A stretch of 64,000 nt of DNA from Dipteris shenzhenensis. Taxonomy: Eukaryota. Location of the stretch: the NCBI GenBank assembly GCA_047967505.1, contig CM106538.1; one strand, written 5' to 3'. The notes under the pieces were generated by a model, which saw only the letters and a program-made list of their open reading frames with translations, searched no databases and was not told the origin of the DNA. The translations under genes and the position numbers were made by a program. Position 1 is the stretch's first letter. Each line of letters starts with the position of its first letter. Below, in pieces: positions 62,601-64,000 of this stretch.

Positions 62601-64000
62601 TGGATGTCTATGGTTATGGGGATATCCACCTTGTTATGCCTAGTGGCTCTATTCTTGTTCTACAGAGGGTTAGACATATACCAGGACTTGCTACAAGCAA
62701 GATCAGTACTGGACAGTTGGTTGAGGCAGGTTATCATGTCTCTTTGGATGATCGTGCATGGAAGATTGCTAGAGGCAATCTGGTTATGGCTAGGGAATCA
62801 CGGGTTGGATTCTCTGATGCATTGCATGTATCAGGTGTCCAGGATAAGATGCTTATGATTAGTAAGCAGCCATTAGCTAGTTTATGGTATGCCAGACTTG
62901 GACATATGTCTACTGCAGGTATGGAAGCCCTTATAACATTGAGATACATTCCTGTTATGGATGTCTCTCAAATTTTATGTCATGATTGTAATGATGGTCA
63001 ACAGTCAGGATCCTCCTTTGTGAGGAACACAGTCAGTGAGAGGTATCTTGAGCCATTGCAGTTGGTTCATAGTGCAGTTTGTGGGCCTATGCGTACCGTT
63101 TCACTGGGTGGCGCCTCTTACTTTGTGACATTTATTGATGCTGCTACAAAGTACATATGGGTATATCCGATTCGGCAGAAGCATGATGTATATGATACAT
63201 TTCAGCGCTTCTTGGGTAATGCTAAAAATCAGTCAGGAAAGAAGCTATTGAGCTTGATGACTGATGGTGATGCAGAGTTTACCTCTCCTAGATTTCAGCA
63301 TCTATGTGATACACTTGGTATCAGGAGGGTGTTGACCACTCCTCATCTTTCTGCTCACGATGCCTTGGCAGAAGGCATAAATCGGATTCTATTGGATAGG
63401 ATTGGTAGCTTGCTACGGTATGCAAGTCTTACCGAATGCTATTGGGCTGAGGCATGTAAGATAGCTGCATACTTGCTTAACAGGTCACCCAGGAGATCTC
63501 TGAATGGTAGAGTGCCATTTGACTTCTTGACAGGCAGGGCACCATGTTATGAGCATTTACGTGTGTTTGGCTACGAGGCTTATGCTCATGGTTCCCGATC
63601 GAGGAGGTGTATCTTCCTTGGATATAGTGAGTCCAGTGAGGACTACAGGTTATGGGATTCTTCAACTAGAGAGTTGATACGGAGCCATAATGTCTATTTC
63701 AGAGAGGATGCTATGTTTAGACAGCCCAGGACTGTGGATAGCAGGAGAGTGGTGTTCCAGGAGGGTGTAAGTGCACTGATATCTCCGAATTCTTTGCAGA
63801 GGCAGCCCATATCCCTTGAAGTGGGAGGTTTTTCCCACAGTGAGCAGGTTATAAAGTTGGGACAACAATGATTACTTCCTGATTTTGGTCAGAGACAATC
63901 AGATGTCTCAAGTATTCCACAGGTTTATACTCCTATGGAGATTGTTGATGCATCTTCTATGGAAAGTTACAATTTGCTCCTAGGATGCGGAGTGCCTCTT
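59682..64000 (+). mobile_element. Copia E, 5' part, running off the window
   Basis: ~148-bp LTR TGTTGGGG..CCCACA (59682-59829), PBS at 59832-59843, ~2-kb leader, then a gag-PR-INT ORF. Confidence 0.85.
61817..63871 (+). CDS. Uninterrupted gag-protease-integrase ORF with altered catalytic motifs
   Basis: IERLDGSNFQYWKEQI, CFYCGKYGHMKKYC, WILDPCASCHM, LWYARLGHMS..CHDC, LVHSAVCGP, MTDGDAEF; terminates before RT. Confidence 0.85.
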   Translation: MASTAGSVLFDIERLDGSNFQYWKEQIYDVLVQKRQHKPIQCKGVKPNSIKQSDWDDMDEQACSIIQSSLSKSVYLQVQDGVQGVDYHAYEFYTHICRMYDHDSVMLQHDGLKCTDGLNYSLDMHSKGRNRSCSRGNSKSKSSSRTCVRCFYCGKYGHMKKYCWKWLRKYKKKSKVKNDRKKEKKHVELQGVDARVSTDSSSDEGILLSMSDTSFLATDVPILGDWILDPCASCHMTPHRSWFSAYQECIVESSLMGIDHSMDVYGYGDIHLVMPSGSILVLQRVRHIPGLATSKISTGQLVEAGYHVSLDDRAWKIARGNLVMARESRVGFSDALHVSGVQDKMLMISKQPLASLWYARLGHMSTAGMEALITLRYIPVMDVSQILCHDCNDGQQSGSSFVRNTVSERYLEPLQLVHSAVCGPMRTVSLGGASYFVTFIDAATKYIWVYPIRQKHDVYDTFQRFLGNAKNQSGKKLLSLMTDGDAEFTSPRFQHLCDTLGIRRVLTTPHLSAHDALAEGINRILLDRIGSLLRYASLTECYWAEACKIAAYLLNRSPRRSLNGRVPFDFLTGRAPCYEHLRVFGYEAYAHGSRSRRCIFLGYSESSEDYRLWDSSTRELIRSHNVYFREDAMFRQPRTVDSRRVVFQEGVSALISPNSLQRQPISLEVGGFSHSEQVIKLGQQ

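Overview
Land-plant nuclear DNA (a seed-free plant such as a fern is plausible but unproven) made almost entirely of nested LTR retrotransposons; no intact host gene is recognisable. The scaffold is decayed non-chromovirus Ty3/Gypsy sequence (Athila/Tat-like RT, RNase H and integrase remnants plus a long accessory ORF region present twice). Inserted into it are three TSD-bounded Ty1/Copia elements (8612-14051, 30610-37714, 50185-56005), further truncated Copia copies, and three short gag-only, pol-less elements of TR-GAG type (4700-8172, 23830-26489, 38764-40907). Most notable: the very young Copia at 30610-37714 carries an intronless alpha-tubulin fragment (codons ~16-175) antisense in its long 5' leader, beside a G-box/ABRE cluster, and appears to have been copied in trans despite a dead gag-pol. 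The gag-only family has a double zinc knuckle, a 58-nt 3' block conserved across unrelated LTRs, and one member whose gag core was replaced in frame. Coordinates and mismatch counts were read by eye; no database searches were run.
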